Part shown: positions 23,545-32,361 of the stretch, piece after piece | Layout: each line of letters begins with the position of its first letter | How positions within the stretch are numbered: position 1 is the stretch's first letter | Assembly (NCBI RefSeq): GCF_902805515.1 | Contig: NZ_CADCTE010000066.1 | Span: forward strand, 18,114-82,113 | Length of the DNA: 64,000 nucleotides | Reading direction: 5' to 3' | From: an uncultured Arthrobacter sp. | Lineage (GTDB): Bacteria; Actinomycetota; Actinomycetes; Actinomycetales; Micrococcaceae | Made by a program: the position numbers and the translations under genes | The notes under the pieces: model-generated | The model's database searches: none | Seen by the model: the letters and a program-made list of their open reading frames with translations, nothing else | What the model was told of the DNA's origin: nothing

Positions 23545-26500
23545 TCAGCGGACGATGGAGCGCAGGAGGCGCAGCGCCACCGAGAGCGAAGAGATATCGT
23601 CCTGTTCGAGGCGGTTGACCTCGTCGAACATGTTCCGGGCCCGCGCCAGCTGGTCGGCGTGCTGCGCCTCCCACTCGTGCAGGCGGGCCATCGGCTCGCC
23701 TCCGCGGAGCCTCTCCGAGGCCTTGAGCACCGCGACGGTGATGTCGGCGACGGTCGAGTAGAGATCGTCGCGCAGCGCCGCCCGGGCCAGCGCCTGCCAC
23801 CTGTCCTTGCGGGGAAGGTGGGTGATGCGCTCGAGGAGGTTGTCCACGTCGAAGTAATCGTAGACGGCGTAGTACACCCGGGCGATGTCCTCAACCGGCT
23901 CGTCGACCCGCCGGGTGCTGAAGGCGATGTCAAGCAGGGCGAAGGATTCGAACTGTTCGGCCCAGGTGGTCACGATGGACTCGGGCAGCCCCCGCTCCTG
24001 CGCCACGGCAGTCCACTTCCGAACCCGGTCGAGGTCTCCGCCGCGCACGAAGGAGGAGAGCCGGGACCGCAGCGGGTCGATGAGGGGCTTGAACGCCGCG
24101 ATGCTTTCTTCGACCGGGGTGCTGGCCTCGACGTGGTTCACGAACCAGCGGACGGCCCGGTCGAGCAGGCGCCGCAGGTCCAGATGGACCTCGCACCAGT
24201 GCTCGGTCGGGAAGTCCGCGGGCAGTGCCTCGAGCGCGGTGACGATCGAGTCGAGCTCGTAGATCTCACGCAGCGCAACGAAGGCCCGGGCGACAGCGGA
24301 TTCGGAAACGGAGGTCTCCTCCATGACGCGGAAGGCGAAGGTGATCCCGCCCATGTTGACCATGTCGTTGGCGACGGTGGTCGCGATGATCTCCCGGCGC
24401 AGCGGGTGGGTGTCGAGCAGGTCCCCGAAGCGCTCCACCAGCTGGTGCGGGAAGTACCGGCGCAGGGTGCCGGAGAACCAGGGGTCATCGGGCAGGTCGC
24501 TGTTGGTCAGCGCCTTGGCCAGCTCGATCTTCGCGTAGGCCGCCAGGACCGACAGCTCCGGGGAGGTCAGGCCCTTCCCGGTCTCAATCCGGGCCCGCAG
24601 CGCCTTGGTGGTGGGCAGGGCCTCGATGCCACGGTCCAGGTCCGCGTGTGCCTCAAGCCAGTCCATCAGCCGCTCGAAGCTGGGGCTCCACTCGATGATC
24701 CGCTGGCGGTCATTGAGCAGCAGCACGTTCTGGTCGATGTTGTCGCGCAGGACGAGCTCACTGACTTCATCGGTCATGGAGTGGAGGAACCCGGGGCGTT
24801 CCTCAGGGGTCATCCGGCCCAGTTTCACCATCCGGTCGACGAAGATCTTGATATTGACCTCGTGGTCGGAGCAGTCGACACCGGCGGAGTTGTCGATCGC
24901 GTCGGTGTTGAGCACCACGCCGTTCAGCGCCGCCTCGATCCGTCCGCGCTGAGTCATGCCGAGGTTGCCGCCCTCGCCGACGACCTTGACCCGCAGGTCG
25001 CTGCCGTTGATCCGGATCGCGTCGTTGGCGCGGTCCCCGACCTCGGCGTTGGTTTCGGCCGAGGACTTCACGTAGGTGCCGATGCCGCCGTTGTAGAGCA
25101 GGTCGACCGGCGCGCTCAGGATGGCCTTCAGGAGTTCGGGCGGGCTGAGCGTGGTCACGGAGTCCTCCAGTCCGAGGACGGCCCGGACCTGGTCCGAGAC
25201 CGGAACCGACTTGGACTGCCGGGGGTAGATTCCTCCGCCTTCGCTGACCAGGGAGGCGTCGTAGTCCTCCCAGCTGGAGCGCGGCAGCTCGAACAGCCGC
25301 CGGCGCTCGGCGTGGGAGGCCGCGGGGTCCGGGTTGGGATCGAGGAAGATGTGCCGGTGATCGAAGGCGGCCACGAGCTTGATGTGCTCGGACAGGAGCA
25401 TCCCGTTGCCGAACACGTCCCCGCTCATGTCGCCGACACCGACCACCGTGAAGTCCTGGGTCTGCGTGTCGAGGTCGAATTCGCTGAAGTGCCGCTTGAC
25501 GGATTCCCAGGCACCGCGGGCGGTGATGCCCATCGCCTTATGGTCGTAGCCCACCGAGCCACCCGAGGCGAAGGCGTCGCCGAGCCAGAAGCCGTATTCC
25601 GCCGACAGTCCGTTGGCGATGTCGGAGAAGGACGCGGTGCCCTTATCCGCAGCGACGACCAGGTAGGAGTCGTCGCCGTCGTGGCGCACCACCCGGTCGG
25701 GCGTGACTACCGTTTCCCTCCCGTCGACGGTGACCAGATTGTCGGTGATGTCCAGCAGGGCGCGGATGAAGGTGCGGTAGCTCTCCGTTCCCTCGTTCAG
25801 CCAGGCTGCCCTGTCGACCGTAGGGTCGGGAAGCTGCTTGGGGAAGAATCCGCCCTTGGCCCCGGTGGGCACGATGACGGCGTTCTTGACGGTCTGGGCC
25901 TTCACCAGGCCCAGCACCTCGGTGCGGAAGTCCTCGCGGCGGTCCGACCAGCGCAGCCCGCCGCGGGCGATCTCCCCGAAGCGCAGGTGGACACCCTCGA
26001 CCTGGGGCGAGTACACCCAGATCTCGAACTTGGGCCGCGGGAACGGCGCTCCCTCGATCGAGGGGGTGTCGAGCTTGAAACTGACGTGCCGCTTGTTCTG
26101 GAAGTAGTTCGTGCGCAGGGTCGCGTCGATGAGGTTGGCGTAGGAGCGCAGGACGCGGTCGGCGTCGAGGGTCACGACCCGTTCGAGTCCCGCGGCGAGG
26201 TCCGACCGGGCAGCCGCGGCCGCGGCCTCCCGGTCGGAGGTCAGGTCGGGGTCGAACCGTGCCTCGAACAGCGCGACGAGCGCCCGGGCCACGCCGGCGT
26301 TGCGCAGCAGCGTGTCGGCGACGAAGCCGTAGGAGTTCGCGTTGCCGATCTGGCGCATGTACTTGGCGTAGCTGCGCAGGATCAGCACCTGGCGCCAGCT
26401 GAAGTGCTCGCGCACCACCAGGCGGTCGAAGGTGTCCGACTCGCTGGCACCGACGACGGCGGCGGCGAACGCCTCCTTGAGCAGATCGGCCGTTTCGAGC

Positions 26501-28362
26501 GGGCTGATGCCGGCCGGATACCTCAGGCCGAGGTCGTACAGGAAGTACTGCTGCCCGTCGGCGCGTTCGATTTCGAACGGCCTCTCGTCGAGGACCTCAA
26601 GTCCAAGGTTGTGGAGGAACGGCAGGATCTGGGTGAGGCTCTTCGGCTCCATGAGGTAGAGCTTGAGCCTCGCGTCCTCCTCGGCGCCGGGGCGCTGCGG
26701 GACGTAGACGTGCATGCCCGGGGCACCGGTGGAGCCGTCGAGGGCCTCGAAGCGGCTGACGTCCTCGAGGGCTTCCTCAACCTCGTAGTCCACCCGGTAG
26801 CCTGCCGGGAAGGCCTCCCCCCAGAGTCCGGACAGGCGCTCGGCCTCCTCGTGGTCGAAGCGGTCGCGGGCGACCTCGGCGATGCCCTCGGCCCAGGACC
26901 GGGCGGCCCGGACGAGCCGCTCCTCAAGTTCGGCGCTGTCGACCTGCGGGACCTCCCCGCCGCGGGCGAGCCGGATCCGGAAGAACAGCCTCGCGAGGGC
27001 CGATTCGCTGACGCGGGCCTCGAAGTCGATCGAGTCGGCGTGGAAGGTGGTGCGCAGCTCCTCCTCGATCCGGAGCCGGACGCTGGTGGTGTACCGGTCG
27101 CGGGGGAGGTACACCAGCGCCGACATGAACCGCCCGTAGATGTCGGGGCGGAGGAACAGCCGGGTGCGGCGGCGTTCCTGGAGGCGCAGGATGCCCATGG
27201 CCGTGCTGACCAGGTCCTCGGCCTCGATCTGGAACAGTTCGTCCCGCGGATAGGTCTCGGCGATGGAGAGCAGGTCCTTGCCGGAGTGCGAGTCGGAGGG
27301 GAACCCGCAGAGCCGGAGCATCTCGGTGACCTTGTCCCGGACGATCGGTACGTTCCGCACCGACCCCGTGTAGGCGCTGGTCGCGAAGAGCCCGATGAAG
27401 CGCCGCTCCCCGTTGACGTTGCCCTGCGCGTCGAAGCTCTTGACCCCGATGTAGTCGAGGTAGGCGGCGCGGTGGACGGTGGAGCGAGAGTTCGCCTTGG
27501 TGATCACCAGGGCGCGCTTCTCACGGGCCTTGGCGCGGCCCGCCGACGTGAGGTGCTGGATCCGCCGGTCTGCGTCGGTGTCGCGGAGCAGGCCGAGGCC
27601 GCTGCCGTGGCGGACGCAGAGGGCGTCGAGGCCGTCCTCGACGACGAGGTCGTATTCCTTGTAGCCCAGGAAGGTGAAGTTTCCGTCGTCGAGCCACCTC
27701 AGGAGTTCCTGGGCCTGGCGGAGGTCCGGGATGGAGGAGCCGCCGGCGACCCCGTCCAGTGAATCCGCGATGTTCTGGACCTGGGCGCGCATGGCGGGCC
27801 AGTCGTGCACGGCGGCCCGCACGTCGGCCAGGACCTTGTGAAGGCCGTCGATGAGCTTGCCGCGTGCTTCCTCGTCGGGAATCCGGTTGATCTCGATGGA
27901 CATCCACGATTCGATCGAGGAGGCCCCGGGGATCAGGTGGGAGATGTCGGGAAGCGCAGCCGTGTCTCCGCTTGAGGAGCCGGCGCTGGAGGGGACGCGC
28001 TGAAGACCGTTCAGGGCATGGGACGCTTCGTCGCGAGCCGCCACGAAGGTGGGATGGACCACCAGGTGGATGGCGCAGCCCTGCCGGACCAGTTCCGCGG
28101 TGACCGAATCGACAAGGAAGGGCATGTCATCGGTGACAATGGCGACGACGCTCGCCTCGCCCTGGTCAAAGACATCGACGACCGGCTCTCCGGCGGCGCG
28201 TACCTCGGCAAGCCGGCGGTGGGTCAGCGCGCGGTCACGCAGCGCTGATCCGCTGTAGGCTTCGGCGTCCTCCCCTGCGAGGTGTTCATAGTAGTGCTCA
28301 ATGAAGTCCTCAAGCGACGTGTCTGAACTGGACTGATCCGTGACGCTGGATCCAGACGACAT
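23545..28362 (-). CDS. gdhB: Large NAD-specific glutamate dehydrogenase (~1600 aa)
   Basis: VEGVHLRFGEIARGGLRWSDRREDFRTEVLGLVKAQ, VAADKGTASFSD, GVGDMSGDVFGNGML, NTDAIDNSAGV. Confidence 0.95.
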   Translation of the reverse strand: MSSGSSVTDQSSSDTSLEDFIEHYYEHLAGEDAEAYSGSALRDRALTHRRLAEVRAAGEPVVDVFDQGEASVVAIVTDDMPFLVDSVTAELVRQGCAIHLVVHPTFVAARDEASHALNGLQRVPSSAGSSSGDTAALPDISHLIPGASSIESWMSIEINRIPDEEARGKLIDGLHKVLADVRAAVHDWPAMRAQVQNIADSLDGVAGGSSIPDLRQAQELLRWLDDGNFTFLGYKEYDLVVEDGLDALCVRHGSGLGLLRDTDADRRIQHLTSAGRAKAREKRALVITKANSRSTVHRAAYLDYIGVKSFDAQGNVNGERRFIGLFATSAYTGSVRNVPIVRDKVTEMLRLCGFPSDSHSGKDLLSIAETYPRDELFQIEAEDLVSTAMGILRLQERRRTRLFLRPDIYGRFMSALVYLPRDRYTTSVRLRIEEELRTTFHADSIDFEARVSESALARLFFRIRLARGGEVPQVDSAELEERLVRAARSWAEGIAEVARDRFDHEEAERLSGLWGEAFPAGYRVDYEVEEALEDVSRFEALDGSTGAPGMHVYVPQRPGAEEDARLKLYLMEPKSLTQILPFLHNLGLEVLDERPFEIERADGQQYFLYDLGLRYPAGISPLETADLLKEAFAAAVVGASESDTFDRLVVREHFSWRQVLILRSYAKYMRQIGNANSYGFVADTLLRNAGVARALVALFEARFDPDLTSDREAAAAAARSDLAAGLERVVTLDADRVLRSYANLIDATLRTNYFQNKRHVSFKLDTPSIEGAPFPRPKFEIWVYSPQVEGVHLRFGEIARGGLRWSDRREDFRTEVLGLVKAQTVKNAVIVPTGAKGGFFPKQLPDPTVDRAAWLNEGTESYRTFIRALLDITDNLVTVDGRETVVTPDRVVRHDGDDSYLVVAADKGTASFSDIANGLSAEYGFWLGDAFASGGSVGYDHKAMGITARGAWESVKRHFSEFDLDTQTQDFTVVGVGDMSGDVFGNGMLLSEHIKLVAAFDHRHIFLDPNPDPAASHAERRRLFELPRSSWEDYDASLVSEGGGIYPRQSKSVPVSDQVRAVLGLEDSVTTLSPPELLKAILSAPVDLLYNGGIGTYVKSSAETNAEVGDRANDAIRINGSDLRVKVVGEGGNLGMTQRGRIEAALNGVVLNTDAIDNSAGVDCSDHEVNIKIFVDRMVKLGRMTPEERPGFLHSMTDEVSELVLRDNIDQNVLLLNDRQRIIEWSPSFERLMDWLEAHADLDRGIEALPTTKALRARIETGKGLTSPELSVLAAYAKIELAKALTNSDLPDDPWFSGTLRRYFPHQLVERFGDLLDTHPLRREIIATTVANDMVNMGGITFAFRVMEETSVSESAVARAFVALREIYELDSIVTALEALPADFPTEHWCEVHLDLRRLLDRAVRWFVNHVEASTPVEESIAAFKPLIDPLRSRLSSFVRGGDLDRVRKWTAVAQERGLPESIVTTWAEQFESFALLDIAFSTRRVDEPVEDIARVYYAVYDYFDVDNLLERITHLPRKDRWQALARAALRDDLYSTVADITVAVLKASERLRGGEPMARLHEWEAQHADQLARARNMFDEVNRLEQDDISSLSVALRLLRSIVR

Positions 28363-28409
28363 GAAAAACGCCTCCGTAACGAGATGAAAGACCGCTCCCT
28401 TGCGGCCCC

Positions 28410-29753
28410 TTACCTTGGAAGCCTAACGGGCATCCACGAAAACTTCACTTCGTTGGAGCTCCATCCAATGCGGCGGCGTTGGCGTTGTTCAACCGTCACA
28501 TCGGCGAGTCCCGCAATCGCCCTCCGCAGGGCCGAGGACGGGGCAGTTTCGACGAGCGCCGAGCCCGCCAGCAGCGCCTCGTCCGCCGCCGGAAAATCGG
28601 CAGGGAGGAAGGCCGAAATGGCCGCGCCGGGCCCGAACCGCTCCCAGGCCTCCCTCAGCTGGTCCTCCGGCGAGCGCCCGACGGAACCGGCGCGGACCTT
28701 GTTGAGCACCACCCTCGGCTCGGCCGAGGGCACCGCCTCGGCCAGGACGGCCAGCGAACGCACGAGGCGCGGTACGCCGACGGCGTCGGCGGCACCGACC
28801 GCGATAACGGAGTCGGCCAGTTCAAGGCAGCGCAGTGCCGCGCCGTTGCGGCGGGGAGCGGCGGTGTCGAAGCTGAGCTCCTCGTCCGCTTCGAGGCAGA
28901 ACCCGCAGTCGACGATGGTCACGGCGGCGCATGCACGGGCGTACTCGAGGACCCGGGCCAGGGCCGCGGGACGCACCTCGGGCCACCGGTCGGGCCGCGT
29001 CAGGCCGGTGAGGACTCCCAGCCTGCCGCCGCCCACGGCGACGGTTGAGGCCACCCGGCGGAGCCCGTCCGGGTCGAGCGTCCCCTGGTCTGCGAGCCGG
29101 CAGGCCTGGGCAAGTCCGGCGGCCTCATCGAGCAGACCCAGGAACGCCGCCACACTGGCCCCGTAGGTGTCGGCATCGACAAGCAGGACGGTGGAGCCGG
29201 CCGCCGCCAGCTCCGCCGCCATATTCACGGCCACCGTGGTCCGCCCCGGGGCCCCGATCGGCCCCCACACCGCGGTGACGGTGCCGCCGCCGGGTTCGCC
29301 GGGTTCGCCGGCGGGCGGCTCGGCGGTTTGCCCGGGGGGCGGCAGGGAAGCGGCCGGGTCGGCGTAGGCGCTGGTGCCCAGACTTCCTGCGGCGCCGGAC
29401 AGGCTTTCGACGGCCGCCGTGACGAGTTCGGCCAGCGCGTCCGGCGCGATGCCGGGAGGCGCACGGCGTACCCCGGGCGCCACGACCCCCGCGGCCGGTT
29501 CGTCCTCTCCCGCGAGCACCACGACGGCGATCCCGGTGTCGCGCAGCCGCTCCAGGAGCGACACCGTCAGCGCTCCGGTTCCGGGTGAGAGGATGGCCGC
29601 GCGGGCCAGTCCCGCCTGGCCGGCTGCCAGCAGTTCGGGCACCCCCTCGCAGCGGCGCACCACGGTCACCGGGCCGTGGAGTTCCTCCAGCCCGGTAACG
29701 TACTCCCCCGCGGCCGGTCCCACGGTGACGACGGGGATGACCGGGCCGCTCAC
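28410..29753 (-). CDS. CpaE/TadZ-like MinD/ParA-family ATPase with pseudo-receiver N-terminus
   Basis: Deviant P-loop WGPIGAPGRTT, VLLVDADTYG, IVDCGF; receiver-like N-terminal region without an obvious phospho-Asp; coupled to the SAF gene. Confidence 0.75.
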   Translation of the reverse strand: MSGPVIPVVTVGPAAGEYVTGLEELHGPVTVVRRCEGVPELLAAGQAGLARAAILSPGTGALTVSLLERLRDTGIAVVVLAGEDEPAAGVVAPGVRRAPPGIAPDALAELVTAAVESLSGAAGSLGTSAYADPAASLPPPGQTAEPPAGEPGEPGGGTVTAVWGPIGAPGRTTVAVNMAAELAAAGSTVLLVDADTYGASVAAFLGLLDEAAGLAQACRLADQGTLDPDGLRRVASTVAVGGGRLGVLTGLTRPDRWPEVRPAALARVLEYARACAAVTIVDCGFCLEADEELSFDTAAPRRNGAALRCLELADSVIAVGAADAVGVPRLVRSLAVLAEAVPSAEPRVVLNKVRAGSVGRSPEDQLREAWERFGPGAAISAFLPADFPAADEALLAGSALVETAPSSALRRAIAGLADVTVEQRQRRRIGWSSNEVKFSWMPVRLPR

Positions 29754-30418
29754 GGACTCCCCCGCGGGTTCAGCACCACGGCGATCTTCGCACCGTTCGA
29801 CAGGGCGTTCAGCAGGGCAGGCATTGCCTCGTCGGCCACCAGCACGTAGACCCGGGACGGGGATTCCGTTCCCAGGGCCGATTCGTTGACCGCGATCTCG
29901 GAGACCTCGGCGCCCTCAAGCAGGAGCCGGGGCTGCTCGAACCGGGTGCCCTGCCCGGTGGCCGCCTCCGGCAGGGCGACCCAGACATCGACCCGCACCC
30001 CGGGCTCCGTGCCCGCGGGGAGGGGGTCCTCGATGGGAAGCCCGACCGGTTTCCTGTCCAGTTCGTCGGGGCGGCCGACGGCGGCGGCCGGAACCAGTTC
30101 GCCCGGGCGGACGAGCCGGGTTACCACCGCGTTCTTTGGAAGGCCGGAGGAGGCCCGAAGGTACTTCTCCTCCGAGCCTCCCAGCCGGACGGCGACCGTG
30201 GTGAGGTCACCTGACTCCAGGCGGGTGCCGACGGGAAGTTCGGTACGGGCAGCGAGGACATCGGTGGTGCGGTCGAGGCTGCCGACCAGCGCCGTAACCC
30301 CTGCGGTGGAGGCCAGCACGAGCAGGAGACCGATGATGAGCCGTGGATCCCGCCAGGACGGCCTGCCGATCCGCGGCGCGGTGGCGTGACCGTCCGTCCG
30401 GCTGGCGTTACCGCTCAT
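29750..30418 (-). CDS. Membrane-anchored SAF-domain protein (CpaB/RcpC-like)
   Basis: RDPRLIIGLLLV TM, VLAARTELPVGTRLESGDL SAF motif, GVRVDVWV RcpC-like C-terminus; ATG 30418 with GGAGG RBS. Confidence 0.75.
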   Translation of the reverse strand: MSGNASRTDGHATAPRIGRPSWRDPRLIIGLLLVLASTAGVTALVGSLDRTTDVLAARTELPVGTRLESGDLTTVAVRLGGSEEKYLRASSGLPKNAVVTRLVRPGELVPAAAVGRPDELDRKPVGLPIEDPLPAGTEPGVRVDVWVALPEAATGQGTRFEQPRLLLEGAEVSEIAVNESALGTESPSRVYVLVADEAMPALLNALSNGAKIAVVLNPRGSP

Positions 30419-30538
30419 GGAGCTTCCTCCGCACGCTTCGGAGCACTCTTCGGCACCGGCGGATGGGCACCGGCGCTCCTGCCATTGTTGTGCAGGCGGC
30501 ACACAAAATAAACAGAAGGTTTCCGGCTCGCCCGAATC

Positions 30539-30547
30539 TGTGGACAA
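30539..30547 (-). promoter_or_regulatory. DnaA-box-type 9-mer in the divergent SAF / HTH promoter region
   Basis: + strand TGTGGACAA = TTGTCCACA on the SAF coding strand. Function is inferred. Confidence 0.5.
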
Positions 30548-30661
30548 CCGGCACCTCCGGGGCCGTGGAGTGACAGAATTGAGGCAGGTCCAGCCGGGTG
30601 CCCACGGTTGGAACGGAGGCGCTCGTGGAGGCAAGGCCACGGCTGAGGAAGAGGTGTTCGT

Positions 30662-30889
30662 GTGGCTGAGAAGCGGTTCCTGACCCTCGCCGACGTTGCG
30701 GAGGTGCTCAATATCAGCTCCTCCCAGACCTACGCCCTGGTTCGCTCGGGGGAGCTTCCGGCGATCCAGGTGGGCGGGCGCGGTCAGTGGCGCGTCGAGG
30801 CACGGGTCCTCGAGGACTACATCGCCGATGCCTACCGGAGATCCGCAGCCGCCCTGCGCGGAAGCGCCGACCCGGTCAACAACGCCTGA
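30662..30889 (+). CDS. Stand-alone HTH_17 / excisionase-like (BldC-like) DNA-binding protein
   Basis: FLTLADVAEVLNISSSQTYALVRSGELPAIQVGGRGQWRV, 75 aa; no integrase nearby. Confidence 0.85.
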   Translation: MAEKRFLTLADVAEVLNISSSQTYALVRSGELPAIQVGGRGQWRVEARVLEDYIADAYRRSAAALRGSADPVNNA

Positions 30890-30901
30890 GCGTCTATGGT
30901 G

Positions 30902-31453
30902 TCAGGGGCGGGAGGCCACCGCGGCGACCGCGGCGAAGGGCAGCGCCACCACCGCCCGGACATTGGCCGGCCTGCGGTGCTCGCCCGGCGGAACGAGTGC
31001 CACCTCGAGGAAGTCGGCTCCGACCCGATCCAGCGTGCCCTCGGAGACCGTGACCGGTGACCCTGCATAGACGCTGATGTGCGCCCGGTCGCGGGCCAGC
31101 GCGCGGTAGGCCGAGGCGAGGCCCAGGCGGGCGTGGATCCCCGCCGGGCGCGGGGCGACGGCACGTCCCAGACCTTCGATACTCAGGATCGCGGCGAAGG
31201 GCACCAGGACGGAGCGCTGCCCCTCTGCGAGTACGAGCCATTCGGCGCCGACGTAGGCCAGGCTGCCGGAGAAGCCCTGCCCGTTCCCGGTCCGGACCTT
31301 CAGCCCCTGGGCGATGGAACCGGCCAGCCGGTCCGCGAGGGCCACCCGCGCCTGCTCCATCCTGAGCAGGTCTGCCGCCGCCGCTTCCTCCGAGGCCGCC
31401 CGCGCGGCCGCCAGCTGGGCCTCGAGATCACCGAACAGGGCTTCCCACCGCAT
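30902..31453 (-). CDS. Conserved hypothetical protein with two internal Sm/Hfq-like repeats
   Basis: MRWEALFGDLEAQ start (ATG 31453); internal duplication GSLAYVGAEWLVL..VPFAAI / GTLDRVGADFLEV..LPFAAV. The ORF is well supported; the fold is inferred by eye. Confidence 0.7.
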   Translation of the reverse strand: MRWEALFGDLEAQLAAARAASEEAAAADLLRMEQARVALADRLAGSIAQGLKVRTGNGQGFSGSLAYVGAEWLVLAEGQRSVLVPFAAILSIEGLGRAVAPRPAGIHARLGLASAYRALARDRAHISVYAGSPVTVSEGTLDRVGADFLEVALVPPGEHRRPANVRAVVALPFAAVAAVASRP

Positions 31454-31504
31454 GGTCCAACGGTAGGCAGGCGGGTAGAGGGGGTCAACGAATTCGAGTA
31501 GCCG

Positions 31505-31550
31505 TAAACGTATACAAGCGGTATCAAACGCGCTCAAATGGATGCAAATG
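31505..31550 (+). repeat. Five hexamer direct repeats at exact 10-bp periodicity
   Basis: TAAACG (31505), CAAGCG (31515), CAAACG (31525), CAAATG (31535), CAAATG (31545) in a divergent promoter region. Confidence 0.8.
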
Positions 31551-31564
31551 CAAGGGAGGAGACC

Positions 31565-32311
31565 ATGGAAAGGCGCTTGGGGGTTCTCTACCCTGCGGCC
31601 CTCCTCGGCCTCGGGGCGGTCCTCGTCCTCTCGGGACTGGGGCTTGCCTCCGGTGCCTCGCGGGCGCCGGAGACCGGTATCGGCGCCGTCGTCTCCGTTG
31701 CCGGCCTGGGCCTGCTGCTCTGGTGGACCGGGGCCCTGGCGCTCGCGCTCGGCGCCGAGGTCCTCAAGCGGAGGGGCCGCGCCGCCGCCGCCGCCAGGAT
31801 GGCGGCCCTCACTCCAGGCTTCATGCGCCGGCTGGCCGCCGTGCTGCTCGGGGCGAATCTCCTGGCCGCACCGTGCGCAGCCTCGGCGCCGCCGTCGGCA
31901 TCGATCCCACCCGCGGTCCCGGCACCCACGGTCGTGGTGCCGGCTGTCGCGGCCCTGACCGTTCCTGCAGACCGCGGCGAGGACCCTCAGCCCGGGCAGT
32001 CCCACCCGTCCGTTCGGGAACCGCGGGTCAGCCCGGACTGGAAACCGCTGCCGCTCCCCTGCGATCCCGGCCTGCTGGCCCGGCCGCCAAGCCAGCAGGG
32101 CGCGGCACCGGATGCGGACAGCGCCCGGGTGGTTGTCCGGAGGGGTGACTCGCTGTGGTCGATCGCCGCGGCGCGGCTCGGTCCCCTCGCCTCGGACGCC
32201 GACATCGCGGCAAGCTGGCCGCGCTGGTACGCGAGGAACGCCTCACTGATCGGCCCGGATCCGGACCTCCTGACACCGGGCCAGACACTGGCTGCCCCGG
32301 ACCCGCCCTGA
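31565..32311 (+). CDS. Membrane-anchored LysM peptidoglycan-binding protein
   Basis: N-terminal TM helices, Pro-rich linker, VVVRRGDSLWSIAAARL...IGPDPDLLTPGQTL LysM; ATG 31565 with GGGAGG RBS. Confidence 0.85.
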   Translation: MERRLGVLYPAALLGLGAVLVLSGLGLASGASRAPETGIGAVVSVAGLGLLLWWTGALALALGAEVLKRRGRAAAAARMAALTPGFMRRLAAVLLGANLLAAPCAASAPPSASIPPAVPAPTVVVPAVAALTVPADRGEDPQPGQSHPSVREPRVSPDWKPLPLPCDPGLLARPPSQQGAAPDADSARVVVRRGDSLWSIAAARLGPLASDADIAASWPRWYARNASLIGPDPDLLTPGQTLAAPDPP

Positions 32312-32361
32312 GCGTCCCAGCCGGCAGCAGGACCGCCCATCCCAGCAGTGAAAGGACCACC

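Noticed and set aside
23840-23848. TTGTCCACG near-match to the DnaA box
   Set aside because: One mismatch and inside the gdh coding sequence; explained by codon usage.
23518-27762. 1414-aa plus-strand ORF
   Set aside because: Antisense shadow of gdh; long stop-free antisense frames are expected in high-GC genes and it has no recognisable motifs.
30662-30889. Excisionase-like gene as evidence of a prophage or ICE
   Set aside because: No integrase, tRNA/att site or phage genes; flanks are host-like in composition.
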